NCBI RefSeq assembly: GCF_004010195.1
Contig: NC_057719.1
Coordinates: 51,379,656-51,443,655, forward strand
Origin: Chiloscyllium plagiosum
Taxonomy: Eukaryota
Reading direction: 5' to 3'
DNA length: 64,000 nucleotides
Shown in pieces: positions 63,951-64,000 of this stretch (the first letter of the stretch is position 1; the number at the start of each line of letters is the position of its first letter). Both the position numbers and the translations under genes were made by a program. The notes under the pieces were generated by a model. That model did not search any database, had not been told where the DNA came from, and was given only the letters and a program-made list of their open reading frames with translations.

Positions 63951-64000
63951 ACCAGATTCTGGATTAGTGGTGCTGGAAGAGCACAGCAATTCAGGCAGCA
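63951..64000 (-). mobile_element. PLE family-A tail (runs off the window end)
   Basis: Reverse complement tgctgcctgaattgctgtgctcttccagcaccactaatccag matches 101-142. Confidence 0.75.

Noticed and set aside
1..64000. Most 60-220 aa ORFs in the supplied track as host genes
   Set aside because: They are sense or antisense fragments of CR1, L1, PLE or SINE repeats, or lack recognisable domains and splice support.
1..64000. CRISPR array or other prokaryotic systems
   Set aside because: No regularly spaced repeat-spacer structure; the sequence is vertebrate with spliceosomal introns.
1..64000. Second K2P paralogue (KCNK5/KCNK17) expected from the vertebrate cluster
   Set aside because: I found no further TIGYG/TIGFG pore exons in the window by eye.

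Overview
Vertebrate genomic DNA, almost certainly from a cartilaginous fish. This is inferred from HE1-type tRNA SINEs, CR1/HER1-type LINEs and Penelope-like elements (PLEs). There is one well-supported host gene, a five-exon two-pore-domain K+ channel on the minus strand (KCNK16/TALK-1-like). Its CDS exons are 51619-51822, 41084-41204, 38243-38409, 35739-35907 and 25388-25830, giving 1104 nt and 367 aa, with all introns GT-AG and phases consistent. The rest is mostly transposon-derived: a near full-length degenerate L1-clade element with nested insertions, many CR1 fragments, two SINE families, PLEs, a Tigger-like MITE and a Gypsy remnant. The most notable non-coding signal is 14 minimal type-I hammerhead ribozyme motifs in three co-varying families carried by PLE-derived repeats. 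Three have intact cores, and several sit in ~95-170 bp mini-insertions that begin at the ribozyme or are arranged head-to-head on it. Also notable are a perfect 98-bp palindrome 69 nt into intron 2 of the channel gene and a candidate orphan exon near the right edge. PLE hammerheads are a known class, so I cannot show from sequence alone that anything here is undescribed. Repeat boundaries are approximate and were read by eye.
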